Virus record (IMG/VR): IMGVR_UViG_3300025502_000006
Direction: 5' to 3' (one strand)
From: an uncultured virus (IMG/VR IMGVR_UViG_3300025502_000006)
Lineage: Duplodnaviria > Heunggongvirae > Uroviricota > Caudoviricetes
Length of the DNA: 57,673 nt
In this document: one piece after another, positions 25,262 to 34,975 of the stretch
How the letters are laid out: every line of letters starts with the position of its first letter
Numbering within the stretch: the first letter of the stretch is position 1
Program-made: the position numbers and the translations under genes
Notes under the pieces: model-generated
What the model was told of the DNA's origin: nothing
Databases searched by the model: none
What the model saw: only the letters and a program-made list of their open reading frames with translations

Positions 25262-27028
25262 TCACAGATTTTCCATCTCTCTCGTCGTATTATATGTAGT
25301 GAACCCGTTCTCTTTGATGACCTGTAACACACTAGGAACTCTTCCAGCTAGCTCTTCTCTATGAGATACTAGCCAGATAGACTTGTTGCGTCTGCGTGTC
25401 ATGTCTTTAAGTATAGTCATTGCATTCTCAACCCCGATTGTATCTAGGCCCGAATCGATTAACTCGTCAATGAATAGCGCATTTATTGGACAGTATAAGT
25501 TTTCCCAAACATCTCTGAACGCAAAAGACAAGCCCAAGATCAATCTGTTGCGCTCACCCCTTGATAAATTATCAAAGTCTAATTCTCTACCCAATTCCGT
25601 AATTTCAACGGTTAAATCATTTTGGAACACAACTTGGTGTGGTAAACCCATCTTATCTAAGTATGAAGTCAGTCTGGCGTTTAAATATGACAAGTTTTGA
25701 TCAATTATCTTCTTACGCACAAATGAATCTTTGTTTGTTAGTAAATCTAACAAGAACTTCTCATGATCAGCTACACGTGATAATGCGTTAACTTTGTCGA
25801 AATTACACTCTTGTAATGCATTAGCTTCCATATCGACGATTTGGTCTGTATACGGATTCTCTTCTTGTGTTTTGCGCTCTACTTGCCATTCTATGTTTTT
25901 AATTTGGCTTTGGTGTTCAATAGCCTCACTTTCTGAACTATAATGAACGTTTGGACGCGTACCAACAGCACCCAATTTTTCTTTTTCTTTTTCTAGTTCC
26001 ACAAACAGTTCGGCAAGCTCCTCTAAATGAGCATTGATGCTTGTTAATGAGTCTTTCTTGTTGTCTACGACTTTAACGTGTCCATCATCGTGAAAGTCTT
26101 GACCACAGGTATGACATTTGTTTGTTTCTAGTATCTCTAATTCTTTTCCTAGCTTTTCACTAGTTTTTCCTTCTTTATTGAGATCATTTTGTGTTCTGGT
26201 CAACGATCTATCAATGTCTGCATGATCTTTTGTTAATTGAGTGTGTACTTTGAGTTGGGTGTGTCCAAGTAACTCTGCATCAATGTCTATTTTCTTTAAT
26301 TCTTCAACAGTGTTTGTTAGTTTAGTTATATCTTCTGAATGTTTTGCATTCCATAGTCGCTCTCTACTCTTAAGACTGTTTATTTGTTCTTCTATTCTTT
26401 TGTTAGCCTCTTCAACAGCTTGAATTCTTACTTCTTCATGTTGCATATCATCTTTAGTTTTCTTTATAACTATCTTTATTTTTTCGGCTTTCTCTGATAA
26501 CAGAGTAATACCTAATAACTGCTCTATGATGTCTCTTTGTTGACCAACAGGCATGCTTAAGAAAGGCAACGTGTATGTATTAAGTGCTATAATGTTCCTA
26601 AACATAGTAGGAGACATGCCAAGAATGCTATCTATCGTTTCTTGCGTCTGTCTGTTTTCGCCTTGCGCTTCATTGTCTGTTTCTTCTGTTCCATTAATAT
26701 AGAATTTCAGATCATTTGGCTTCCGACTACGTTCAATACGATACTCTATACCATGACATTCAAATTCTAACGTGACCATCATGCCTTTGCCGTTTGTTCT
26801 GTTAATGAGGTTGTTTTGTTTGATGCTATTAAGAGCAGTGCCATATAATGCATAACTAACCGCTTGTATAAGCGTAGTCTTACCAGTACCATTTCTAGCA
26901 CCATCACCACCTAAATCTAAATTATCACCTAAGATCAAGGTCAACTCTTTATTATCTAAATCAACTCCCTGTGTCACAGATCCAACACTTAAAAAGTTTC
27001 TAAGTGTTATGTTTTTTAATTTTATCAT
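25262..27028 (-). CDS. gp46: Recombination ATPase, gp46/Rad50/SbcC-like (588 aa)
   Basis: Walker A NGTGKTT, zinc hook CHTCGQ, signature LSRGE, Walker B LFIDE and H-loop VSH. Confidence 0.95.
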   Translation of the reverse strand: MIKLKNITLRNFLSVGSVTQGVDLDNKELTLILGDNLDLGGDGARNGTGKTTLIQAVSYALYGTALNSIKQNNLINRTNGKGMMVTLEFECHGIEYRIERSRKPNDLKFYINGTEETDNEAQGENRQTQETIDSILGMSPTMFRNIIALNTYTLPFLSMPVGQQRDIIEQLLGITLLSEKAEKIKIVIKKTKDDMQHEEVRIQAVEEANKRIEEQINSLKSRERLWNAKHSEDITKLTNTVEELKKIDIDAELLGHTQLKVHTQLTKDHADIDRSLTRTQNDLNKEGKTSEKLGKELEILETNKCHTCGQDFHDDGHVKVVDNKKDSLTSINAHLEELAELFVELEKEKEKLGAVGTRPNVHYSSESEAIEHQSQIKNIEWQVERKTQEENPYTDQIVDMEANALQECNFDKVNALSRVADHEKFLLDLLTNKDSFVRKKIIDQNLSYLNARLTSYLDKMGLPHQVVFQNDLTVEITELGRELDFDNLSRGERNRLILGLSFAFRDVWENLYCPINALFIDELIDSGLDTIGVENAMTILKDMTRRRNKSIWLVSHREELAGRVPSVLQVIKENGFTTYNTTREMENL

Positions 27029-28041
27029 AGTGCCTGATAAATCTCCAGTAATATACCTTTGTCGTAAAAATCGCTTTCTATTTTTTCTATTTGATCGATG
27101 ATAATAGAGTCAACACTCTCGAATGAAATATCGCCAGGAGATAAATCCTGCGTATATTCTTCGTTCATTATAGGAATCAGTGACATTTCTCTTAATCCAT
27201 ATTCAGGAATGAGTTGTTCTCGGATATAATTAGACTCTTCATACGATATATCAATGTCTAAGTGAACTTTGATGTGTGCGTTCTTAACAAGCAATCCTTC
27301 AGGGTTTTCTAAGATTTCACTTAGCTTGTAAACTCTGTATACAGGCTGGCCGGGCCACGAACGAAAGATTGGCTCTTCGTCCCACCCTAATATCATCATG
27401 CCACGAGCATCATCGCCTGCATCTGCGTAGTTGTGAGGGAAAGCGTTGCCCATATACCAAACATTCTTTTCATATTGTCGTTTATGAAAATGTCCTGAAA
27501 ACACTGTACCAAAATGCGATAAGTGATCAGCATGTGTTTCACCATGATCAGGCATTTGAACCATTGCATTCATGTAGAAGTAAGGAAGTTCTAAATGGGC
27601 AAACAAATACTTGCCTGTTTTCTTTCTAAGTAGCTTGTAGTCTTCGCCGCATAACCAAGGTGCTATAACGCAGTTGCCTTTTTCTAAAAAATCATCGACT
27701 ATGACAACATTTTTGAGATGTTTTGCCCATTCGACTGAATGAATGTCTCGTTTGTCTCTATAATAGAGATCGTGGTTGCCCGTAATGAAGTACACTGTGT
27801 CAAATGCATCGTTGAGTTTTTCTAATGCATTTAATCCGAATTGTAAAGTATGCATGTTGATATTGGCTCGGTGATGATTCCAATCTCCCAAAAAGAGACA
27901 GGTTTCACACCCTTCTGCTTTAGCTTGTTCGATGAACCAATCCACAAAATCAGCACAGTCTCGATTGTGCTGAATGCTATTGCTCTTTAATCCGAAATGT
28001 ATGTCCGTAAATACTGCCGCTTTCTTAAAAAGATTTTCCAT
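27025..28041 (-). CDS. gp47: Recombination nuclease, gp47/Mre11/SbcD-like
   Basis: Metallophosphoesterase motifs DIHFG, GDWNH, GNHD and SGHFH. The start is placed at ATG 28041 (MENLFKK), and the gene overlaps gp46 by ATGA. Confidence 0.95.
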   Translation of the reverse strand: MENLFKKAAVFTDIHFGLKSNSIQHNRDCADFVDWFIEQAKAEGCETCLFLGDWNHHRANINMHTLQFGLNALEKLNDAFDTVYFITGNHDLYYRDKRDIHSVEWAKHLKNVVIVDDFLEKGNCVIAPWLCGEDYKLLRKKTGKYLFAHLELPYFYMNAMVQMPDHGETHADHLSHFGTVFSGHFHKRQYEKNVWYMGNAFPHNYADAGDDARGMMILGWDEEPIFRSWPGQPVYRVYKLSEILENPEGLLVKNAHIKVHLDIDISYEESNYIREQLIPEYGLREMSLIPIMNEEYTQDLSPGDISFESVDSIIIDQIEKIESDFYDKGILLEIYQAL

Positions 28042-28063
28042 AGTTAGTTTTTTCCAGTCTTCT

Positions 28064-28092
28064 ATTATACAGTTTACAGGTAGGTAAAGCAA
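28064..28092 (-). promoter_or_regulatory. sigma70-type promoter TTGCTT-N17-TATAAT for gp47-gp46
   Basis: -35 at 28092-28087, -10 at 28069-28064. Confidence 0.65.
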
Positions 28093-28124
28093 CTAATTAG
28101 GTTGCTTTATTTCCCCAAATTGAA

Positions 28125-29063
28125 TTATTCAGAATAGGTTTCTTGTTTGGTCTCATGTCCCATGCCATTATAATCTTTCATTTGGCGCGTGAATGACGGA
28201 TTCAACCCATTCATTTCTAGGATATCATCTCTGATGTTTTGGTTGCGTTTTTCTGAGTTTAGTACTCTACAAAAACTGTTGGTGATAGCCGCAGTATAGT
28301 ATGCAAAGGGGTTTGCAGACTTGGATTCATTAAATCGTAAGCCTACATAAGTTAATTGTAAAATAGCACTCTGTCTCATCTCATCATTGTAGGTGTAGCC
28401 ACGCCAATTGAACTTCATAGCATATTTTTCACATAACATGATATACATACGTGCAAGTTTATCGGTTAGGCTACCGTTTGTTGCGGTAAAATTACCTGTC
28501 TTGAGGCCACCAGTCCAATGAGATTTACCAACCAAGGATAACGTCATTGTCTCGGCATCTAACATATAATGTTGAAATGGTGGGAAATTGACCTTAACAT
28601 GAACGAAATCATCAACAACTACATCTGACTTTTTATCTTCGTTCTCTGCAAACAAATCTGTGTTCGGTTCTAAATCATTTTCAAAATCGATGATATCAAT
28701 CGCTTTCTTTTTCTTAACAACTTTTCTAGGTTGCTTCTTGGCAACGGGAATGTGTTCCCAAGTCATTACCCGAAACATCAATCCATCAGTTTCGATAGTT
28801 TTTGGGTCAATTTTGTTTTTTCCAGCCAATCCTTGCTCTGCCGAAAGCCTAAGGCTCTTCATTAATTTTGCTTCTTTAAGTTGGGTAGGTTTGATGCACC
28901 AAGTCAGGGCTTTTTCGAGGGTATCGTCTGGGAGATCAATGATGGAATCATATGCATTGTACTCTTTCTTGGTAAAATAGCAATATGATGTTTTACTTTT
29001 GTGAATCTCTTTTAAAATGTCCTTGTTATTTAAATAATTGACTGTTTTTCTTGGTGCTGGCAT
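28125..29063 (-). CDS. gp55: Late-transcription sigma factor, gp55-like
   Basis: NYLNNKDIL N-terminus, NWRGYTYNDEM, RFNESKSANPFAYYT and EKRNQNIR. The start at ATG 29063 follows an AAGGA Shine-Dalgarno. Confidence 0.9.
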   Translation of the reverse strand: MPAPRKTVNYLNNKDILKEIHKSKTSYCYFTKKEYNAYDSIIDLPDDTLEKALTWCIKPTQLKEAKLMKSLRLSAEQGLAGKNKIDPKTIETDGLMFRVMTWEHIPVAKKQPRKVVKKKKAIDIIDFENDLEPNTDLFAENEDKKSDVVVDDFVHVKVNFPPFQHYMLDAETMTLSLVGKSHWTGGLKTGNFTATNGSLTDKLARMYIMLCEKYAMKFNWRGYTYNDEMRQSAILQLTYVGLRFNESKSANPFAYYTAAITNSFCRVLNSEKRNQNIRDDILEMNGLNPSFTRQMKDYNGMGHETKQETYSE

Positions 29064-29108
29064 TAATATTCCTTTATTGGTTAAAGACCTGTCAAGGTCT
29101 AATAGTTG

Positions 29109-29137
29109 ATTGTACATAAATGCATACGTATTTGCAA
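29109..29137 (-). promoter_or_regulatory. sigma70-type promoter TTGCAA-N17-TACAAT for gp55
   Basis: -35 at 29137-29132, -10 at 29114-29109. Confidence 0.6.
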
Positions 29138-29173
29138 TGGGTACGGGTAAATTTAGGTGGTTTTCGCTTTTGC

Positions 29174-29200
29174 TAAATACATGTAAGACTACTATTTATA
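29174..29200. promoter_or_regulatory. Face-to-face late promoters (+ TAAATA 29174-29179; - TATAAATA 29200-29193)
   Basis: Motifs lie in the intergenic gap between the divergent gp55 and baseplate operons. Confidence 0.6.
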
Positions 29201-29240
29201 CAAGATATATATGTCTCATATAATAACCGGAGAACAGTAA

Positions 29241-30017
29241 ATGGACGCAGAAGCACAAGAAGGACAACAAAATGCCGAATCACGAGCAATAGCCGCAGAT
29301 TGGCGAGTCCGACTGGCGTTAGCTCAAGGGGCTAACTATCTATACAAAGATCCAAAGAATCCTGGAATATTATCGCCTCTTATTGCGACCGACGGTGTTG
29401 TGTTTCCCTATACACCCACAATCAATATCTCGTATAATGCAAACTATGATGCTACAGCACCTACACACACAAATTATTTAATTCAACAATACATAAACAG
29501 TTCAGTTGACTCTATTTCGGTCACTGCTGACTTTACGTGTCAAGATACATTTGAAGCAAATTATCTTTTGGCATGTATTCATTTCTTTAAGTCAATGACA
29601 AAGATGTTTTATGGTCAAGATGAAAATCCAAAGAGCGGTACTCCACCGCCAATGGGATTCTTCTTCGGTCTAGGTGCATTTCAATTAGACAATCATCCGA
29701 TAGCAATCACTAACTTTACATATGCTCTACCAAAAGATGTAGATTATATTAGAGCAACCAATACAAACACAGCGACCTCAGAATCTAAACTGCGGTTAGT
29801 CGGAGGACAAATTGAGCCAGGCGGAGCAAAACCACCGGCAGATTTTGCCAACACTGAAAATGACGCAATTACATATGTTCCAACTAAAATTACATTAACT
29901 CTCTCATGTGTACCCATTGTTAGCAGAAATGAAATTAGTAATAACTTTAGTCTTAAAGAATATGCCTCAGGAAAACTGTTGCGTGGATCTCAGCGTAACA
30001 CAGGAGGCATGTGGTAA
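29241..30017 (+). CDS. Baseplate / tail-tube initiator-like protein (gp48/gp54 position, 258 aa)
   Basis: GVVFPYTPTI, GTPPP, ITNFTYALPKDVDYI and YVPTK motifs; first gene of the baseplate operon. Confidence 0.65.
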   Translation: MDAEAQEGQQNAESRAIAADWRVRLALAQGANYLYKDPKNPGILSPLIATDGVVFPYTPTINISYNANYDATAPTHTNYLIQQYINSSVDSISVTADFTCQDTFEANYLLACIHFFKSMTKMFYGQDENPKSGTPPPMGFFFGLGAFQLDNHPIAITNFTYALPKDVDYIRATNTNTATSESKLRLVGGQIEPGGAKPPADFANTENDAITYVPTKITLTLSCVPIVSRNEISNNFSLKEYASGKLLRGSQRNTGGMW

Positions 30018-30334
30018 TGGCAGTGAATAACGTATATCCAAAAACGAGTCCATATCATAGATCGGGGATTATTAATAAGAAATTCTTAGACGTAATGGAA
30101 CCGTATACTGCGATTCCAAGAGACTCCAGTGATGCCGAGTTTACGATCACGCCTCAATATGAGTTTAGACCTGATCTATTAGCACAACATCTTTATAATG
30201 ATCCTAAACTTTGGTGGGTATTTGCATCACGTAATCCTAACGCACTAGGTCCAGACCCTTACTTTAATATGGTTGCTGGATTACAAATCTATGTACCGAG
30301 ACTAGACACGCTCCAGAGAGTATTAGGAATATAA
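30017..30334 (+). CDS. Baseplate wedge protein, gp53/LysM-like
   Basis: YEFRPDLLAQHLYNDPKLWWVF motif; TAATG overlap with the upstream gene and a GGAGG Shine-Dalgarno. Confidence 0.8.
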   Translation: MAVNNVYPKTSPYHRSGIINKKFLDVMEPYTAIPRDSSDAEFTITPQYEFRPDLLAQHLYNDPKLWWVFASRNPNALGPDPYFNMVAGLQIYVPRLDTLQRVLGI

Positions 30335-32502
30335 TGTCCGATGATCAAACAGTAAATGGTAGTAATGCGCAATCTAATGCTGATACAGGAAGCACCGATG
30401 CTCCGGGCAGAAGATTACACAATCCACTAGCCAATCTTGCATCATATACCTATCAACTGTCATTGTATATGATAACACCAGATGCATACGATGCATTTGT
30501 GCAAACTGGCAGAACTTCGATAGATGCCTTAGCTCAAGCTAGTGGCGAAAAAGGAAAGGGAAGCGGCGGAGCCTATTTAGTAGCACAGTCAGGTGGTATA
30601 AACAATAACACTTCGCAACGAATACCAGGATTTGAGTGGGATTACTACATTGACAAATTGCAAATAGATCAAGTAATCAACGCTAAAGCAACACAATCAT
30701 CATCTAATGCATACAGAGTACAATTTGAGATTATCGAGCCGTACGGTTTCTCGTTTACCACAAAATTAAAACAAGCAAATGATGCGTTACAACAATACTT
30801 CAATGATAGCGGATATTCTCTTGGCTTATTATCGAACGGAAGTAGACAATTTTTTGTATTAGGGATTAAATTCTTGGGATATGATCAGTCCGGCAATATC
30901 GTCGATGGCGATGATACGTTTTCTGATGGTGATGGTCCCATCGATCCTGCGGCGTCTGGTACAAATCTCTTCGAAACATTCTATGATGTCCTTATCACCA
31001 GCATAAAATTCAAAATTGATGGACCTGCAACTAGATACACGTTATCCGGAGTATCTGCCGCACCTGGCTCGGTGTTCGGTACGAAAAGAGGTAGGCTTAA
31101 ATCAACTAAGACAGTGTGTGGGAAAACGCTCGAAGACGCATTAACTGGTAAAAGGGGGTTACTCACTCAACTGAACAAAATACAAACTGCTCTTGTAGAG
31201 AAAGGCACCGCCACAATAGCAAATGAATTCAGAGTTGAATTTATAGGTGATGACGCAGATGCTTTAAAAAATGCAAGATTGATCAATCCACTAGACACAG
31301 ACAAATCAAAATGGTGTCAACCTGAAATAGAAAATACATACCAAGCAAATGATGCTGAAGCCGCAAAAGCAGTACCTGATGATGCTCAAAGACGGGTAGT
31401 GTTTACTGAAGATACTCCCATGATAGAAGTCTTTGATCAACTCCTAAAAGATAGTTCTTACATGCGAGATGCATTGCTAGTAGTATACAGTAACAACCCT
31501 ACACCTAATTTAGATACAGGAAAACAAGAAAGTTCCCCAGGTGGTGGTACACGTGTGGCATGGTATCATGTTACTCCAGAAATATCTAATGCTAAATGGG
31601 ATCCAATAGTAGCTGATTGGGCATATGTAACTACTTACAAACTTGAAACATATCAGACTCCAGTTGTAATTTCTGCCACAACGAATCCAGGCATGGATTA
31701 TTACGGTCCACACAAAAGATATGAATACTGGTGGACTGGACAGAACTCAGAAATTTTGTCATATGAACAATTACTAGATAATTTATTTTACAATGAAGTA
31801 CTTGCTAAACCAGATATCGATAAAGACGGTCAGGGAACAGGCGGTGACGCACAAACATCACTTTCTACGCCAAATAGAACAGCGATGCCAACACTAAACA
31901 GTTTAGGAGGTGGCTTGGAAGCACAGAACAATTATATTACTAGTTTGTATTCTCCTGATTCATTTGCAGAAGCAAAAATTAAACTAATGGGCGACCCAGA
32001 TTTTCTAGTTACGAATTCAAGAGGCGGACCCAATGCTGTATATCAAAGATTTTACGGTGACGATGGTTTTCGTATCAATGCTAACGGTGGCCAAGTCTTT
32101 ATCGAAATCGACTTTAAGGAAGCAGTAGATTATAATAGCGAAACAGGAATTATGGATATTAATGACTCGATTGTGTTTTGGAAATACCCAGCCTGGGCCG
32201 CAGAAAAAATTAAAGGCGTAAGTTACACAGTAATTCAGGTAAAAAGTGTATTTGAAGGTGGCAAATTTACACAAGAATTAAAAGCCGTAATTAATACATT
32301 CACAGATGCGGCCACAAGTCCAGATGGCGATCCAAGAGCAGACATTGATGCCTTACCAAGATCCGGATCCGGAAATGATGCAAGAACAGATAACTTAGAC
32401 ATGGGAGTCTTGCCTGCTAATATCAATGAAGGCCAGTTTGGTCCCTTCAACAGCGGCCTAGGCGGATACGCCTTTCCGAACGATGATCAAGGTGGCACCT
32501 AA
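30334..32502 (+). CDS. Baseplate hub protein (gp27/GpD-like, 722 aa)
   Basis: Lies between the gp53-like and gp5-like genes; IKLMGDPDFL and the YTVIQVKSVFEGGKFTQEL C-terminal motif are typical of hub proteins. Confidence 0.6.
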   Translation: MSDDQTVNGSNAQSNADTGSTDAPGRRLHNPLANLASYTYQLSLYMITPDAYDAFVQTGRTSIDALAQASGEKGKGSGGAYLVAQSGGINNNTSQRIPGFEWDYYIDKLQIDQVINAKATQSSSNAYRVQFEIIEPYGFSFTTKLKQANDALQQYFNDSGYSLGLLSNGSRQFFVLGIKFLGYDQSGNIVDGDDTFSDGDGPIDPAASGTNLFETFYDVLITSIKFKIDGPATRYTLSGVSAAPGSVFGTKRGRLKSTKTVCGKTLEDALTGKRGLLTQLNKIQTALVEKGTATIANEFRVEFIGDDADALKNARLINPLDTDKSKWCQPEIENTYQANDAEAAKAVPDDAQRRVVFTEDTPMIEVFDQLLKDSSYMRDALLVVYSNNPTPNLDTGKQESSPGGGTRVAWYHVTPEISNAKWDPIVADWAYVTTYKLETYQTPVVISATTNPGMDYYGPHKRYEYWWTGQNSEILSYEQLLDNLFYNEVLAKPDIDKDGQGTGGDAQTSLSTPNRTAMPTLNSLGGGLEAQNNYITSLYSPDSFAEAKIKLMGDPDFLVTNSRGGPNAVYQRFYGDDGFRINANGGQVFIEIDFKEAVDYNSETGIMDINDSIVFWKYPAWAAEKIKGVSYTVIQVKSVFEGGKFTQELKAVINTFTDAATSPDGDPRADIDALPRSGSGNDARTDNLDMGVLPANINEGQFGPFNSGLGGYAFPNDDQGGT

Positions 32503-34973
32503 TGGCTAAAGACGTATATAAGCCAAGAGGCAAGTTAAAGAAAAGTATGCCTGGTGCTGGCGTAGCCGCAACCATTGATGTACCTATAATATGTACTGTT
32601 ATGAGTTCAGTCGATGCTACTCGTCAAGGACAGTTAGAAGTCTACCCTTCAGAAAACTTAGATAAAGGTGCATTCGACAACACTAATTGGATAACTGTAA
32701 GAAGACTTTCAGGATTTTTCGGAAATACTAAACCTCAAGGACCCGATGATGATTTCGGGGGATATGTAGGTAACCCAAGTGCATATGGACAATGGAACTC
32801 GCCACCTGATAAAGGCACAAAAGTTATATGTATTTTTGTTAACGGCGACCCTAACTACGGATTCTATATCGGCTCAGCCCCAGATCCAGAACTGTTATCT
32901 ATGGTGCCGGCAATTGGTTCTTCTGAAAACGTTATTTTAAACGAAGGTGAAGCACAGTCATATGGCGGTGCCTTAAAACTTCCTACAACTAGCATTAACT
33001 CAAACAACAAAGCTATATCAGATACGGCAAGTTATTTAACTGAGCCAAAACCTATACATAGTTATACTGCCGCCATTATGCAACAGCAAGGAGTGCTTCG
33101 AGACACATATAGAGGCCCTATTAGTTCAAGTGCATCAAGAGAAGCGTCTAGTAGAGTAGGTTGGGGCGTAAGCACTCCTGGACGTCCTATCTACGATGGT
33201 GGATTGACTGACGAAGATATTGCTAGTAACTTAGATAAAGATCCACAAAATTATACTGTTACCTCAAGACGTGGTGGACACTCACTTGTCATGGATGATG
33301 GAGACATCATTGGTAGAGACCAATTAATTAGATTGCGGACAGCATTGGGTCATCAAATATTAATGAGTGATGATGGGCAGATGTTGTCTATCTTACATTC
33401 AAACGGACAAACATATATAGAGTTAGGTAAAGAAGGAACAGTAGATGTCTTTGCTACAAACTCTGTCAATATTCGTACACAAGGTGATCTTAATTTTCAT
33501 GCTGACAATGATTTGAATTTACATGCAGGAAGAAATGTCAATATTAATGCTACTGAAAACATGTCAATGAATGCAGATAAGCAATTTACCCAGCGTGTTG
33601 GTGAAGACTATTCATTATACTCTTTGGCAAATATCAAAATAAAAGCAGATGCCGCAATAGCTGTAGCGTCTACTGGACAATTAGGATTGAAGACAGAAGC
33701 AGATGCATTTCTTGAAGGAGCAATCATACACTTAAACGATGGTGCCGCAAGTTTAACACCTGACATAATTGAACCAATAGAAATAGTAGCCCACCCAGAC
33801 ACATTATTTGATGACACTAAGGGCTGGGCGGCCGTTCTTGCAAAACTGAATAGTATTACGAGCAGGGCACCTGCTCACATGCCGTGGATGAACGCTAATC
33901 AGGGAGTTGATGTTACTGTAGATAGTAGCGCAGATGCGGCACTACCACAAGAAGCCTCGGCTGAAATGTCAAGTGCTAATGCTCTAGTTGCAGGTGCCGC
34001 AACGGTAGCCGGTGTAGCAGGGGCAACCACTGCAACTATTCCAGAAGTTGGTGCTATTAGCGGAGCATTAGACAAAAATACAACAACCACAATGCTAGGC
34101 GGAATAGCAACTTCTGCTACCTCAATTGCAAATGGGGCAGTATCGACAGGAACAGCACTGATAAAGAACGCCACCGGCGTAGTAACCGCGGCAGTAGGGT
34201 CATTTGCACAGACTCCGTCACAGTTATCAGCGGGCGGAGTTCTTAAACCTGGAGCAGATACTATGGTGAATGCATTAGTAGCAGGTGGCGCATCTGTCGC
34301 TAACGCCATGCCAAACAGTGCATTCTCTGGAAACAGTGGAACTAATTCATTAAATCAACTAATAGCAAACCCTGCAACACAAGCAAAGTCAGTGGTTACG
34401 AATTTACAAAAAGGTCAATCATTATTAACGACCGCAGGAGCAATAACAGGCAAAGAATCATCTGGTTCAATTTCTGGTGCAGTGGCTGGTACTGCTACTT
34501 CGTTAATCGGCCAACAATCAGGTGCTCTCACATCCACAGTATCAAGTACGCTGAGTGTTTTATCCAAAGCAACAAGTGATCCATCTGGATTACTAAATGC
34601 TGGAGACGGCACAAAAGCTGTCATAAATTCGATGGGACAAGGTGCTGTATCTGCGTTGACATCTAATCTGACAGGCGGTCTGGGTGGAATCACAAAAGCA
34701 TTAGATACGATATCCGGTGCAAATATTCCAGGTATTGGGTCTGTATTAGATGCCGCTCGTGGCGCACAAGCATCATCCTTCAAGGCTATTACTGCTTCAT
34801 TTAAACCAATGTTAGCAAATGTCCCCCAGAACTTAACAGAATTGGCTTCTGCCGCGGCCACCACAGTCGCAGAAGCATCAAGCGGAATGATTTCAGCAGA
34901 TTTACCATCGCTACCATCGCTACCATCATCTACTGACATTGTAGATATAGCATCGACTAAATTGGGAATATAA
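32502..34973 (+). CDS. Baseplate spike, gp5/VgrG-like, with Ala/Gly/Ser-rich extension (823 aa)
   Basis: OB-fold motif PPDKGTKVICIFVNGD, then GHSLVMDD / GHQILMSD and a beta-helix-like stretch ending at RAPAHMPW. Confidence 0.8.
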   Translation: MAKDVYKPRGKLKKSMPGAGVAATIDVPIICTVMSSVDATRQGQLEVYPSENLDKGAFDNTNWITVRRLSGFFGNTKPQGPDDDFGGYVGNPSAYGQWNSPPDKGTKVICIFVNGDPNYGFYIGSAPDPELLSMVPAIGSSENVILNEGEAQSYGGALKLPTTSINSNNKAISDTASYLTEPKPIHSYTAAIMQQQGVLRDTYRGPISSSASREASSRVGWGVSTPGRPIYDGGLTDEDIASNLDKDPQNYTVTSRRGGHSLVMDDGDIIGRDQLIRLRTALGHQILMSDDGQMLSILHSNGQTYIELGKEGTVDVFATNSVNIRTQGDLNFHADNDLNLHAGRNVNINATENMSMNADKQFTQRVGEDYSLYSLANIKIKADAAIAVASTGQLGLKTEADAFLEGAIIHLNDGAASLTPDIIEPIEIVAHPDTLFDDTKGWAAVLAKLNSITSRAPAHMPWMNANQGVDVTVDSSADAALPQEASAEMSSANALVAGAATVAGVAGATTATIPEVGAISGALDKNTTTTMLGGIATSATSIANGAVSTGTALIKNATGVVTAAVGSFAQTPSQLSAGGVLKPGADTMVNALVAGGASVANAMPNSAFSGNSGTNSLNQLIANPATQAKSVVTNLQKGQSLLTTAGAITGKESSGSISGAVAGTATSLIGQQSGALTSTVSSTLSVLSKATSDPSGLLNAGDGTKAVINSMGQGAVSALTSNLTGGLGGITKALDTISGANIPGIGSVLDAARGAQASSFKAITASFKPMLANVPQNLTELASAAATTVAEASSGMISADLPSLPSLPSSTDIVDIASTKLGI

Positions 34974-34975
34974 TA

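Noticed and set aside
11480..29117. Longer ORF-track starts at 11480, 28092 and 29117
   Set aside because: These extensions run through promoter elements. The downstream ATGs (11546, 28041, 29063) have better promoter or Shine-Dalgarno context and match family N-termini.
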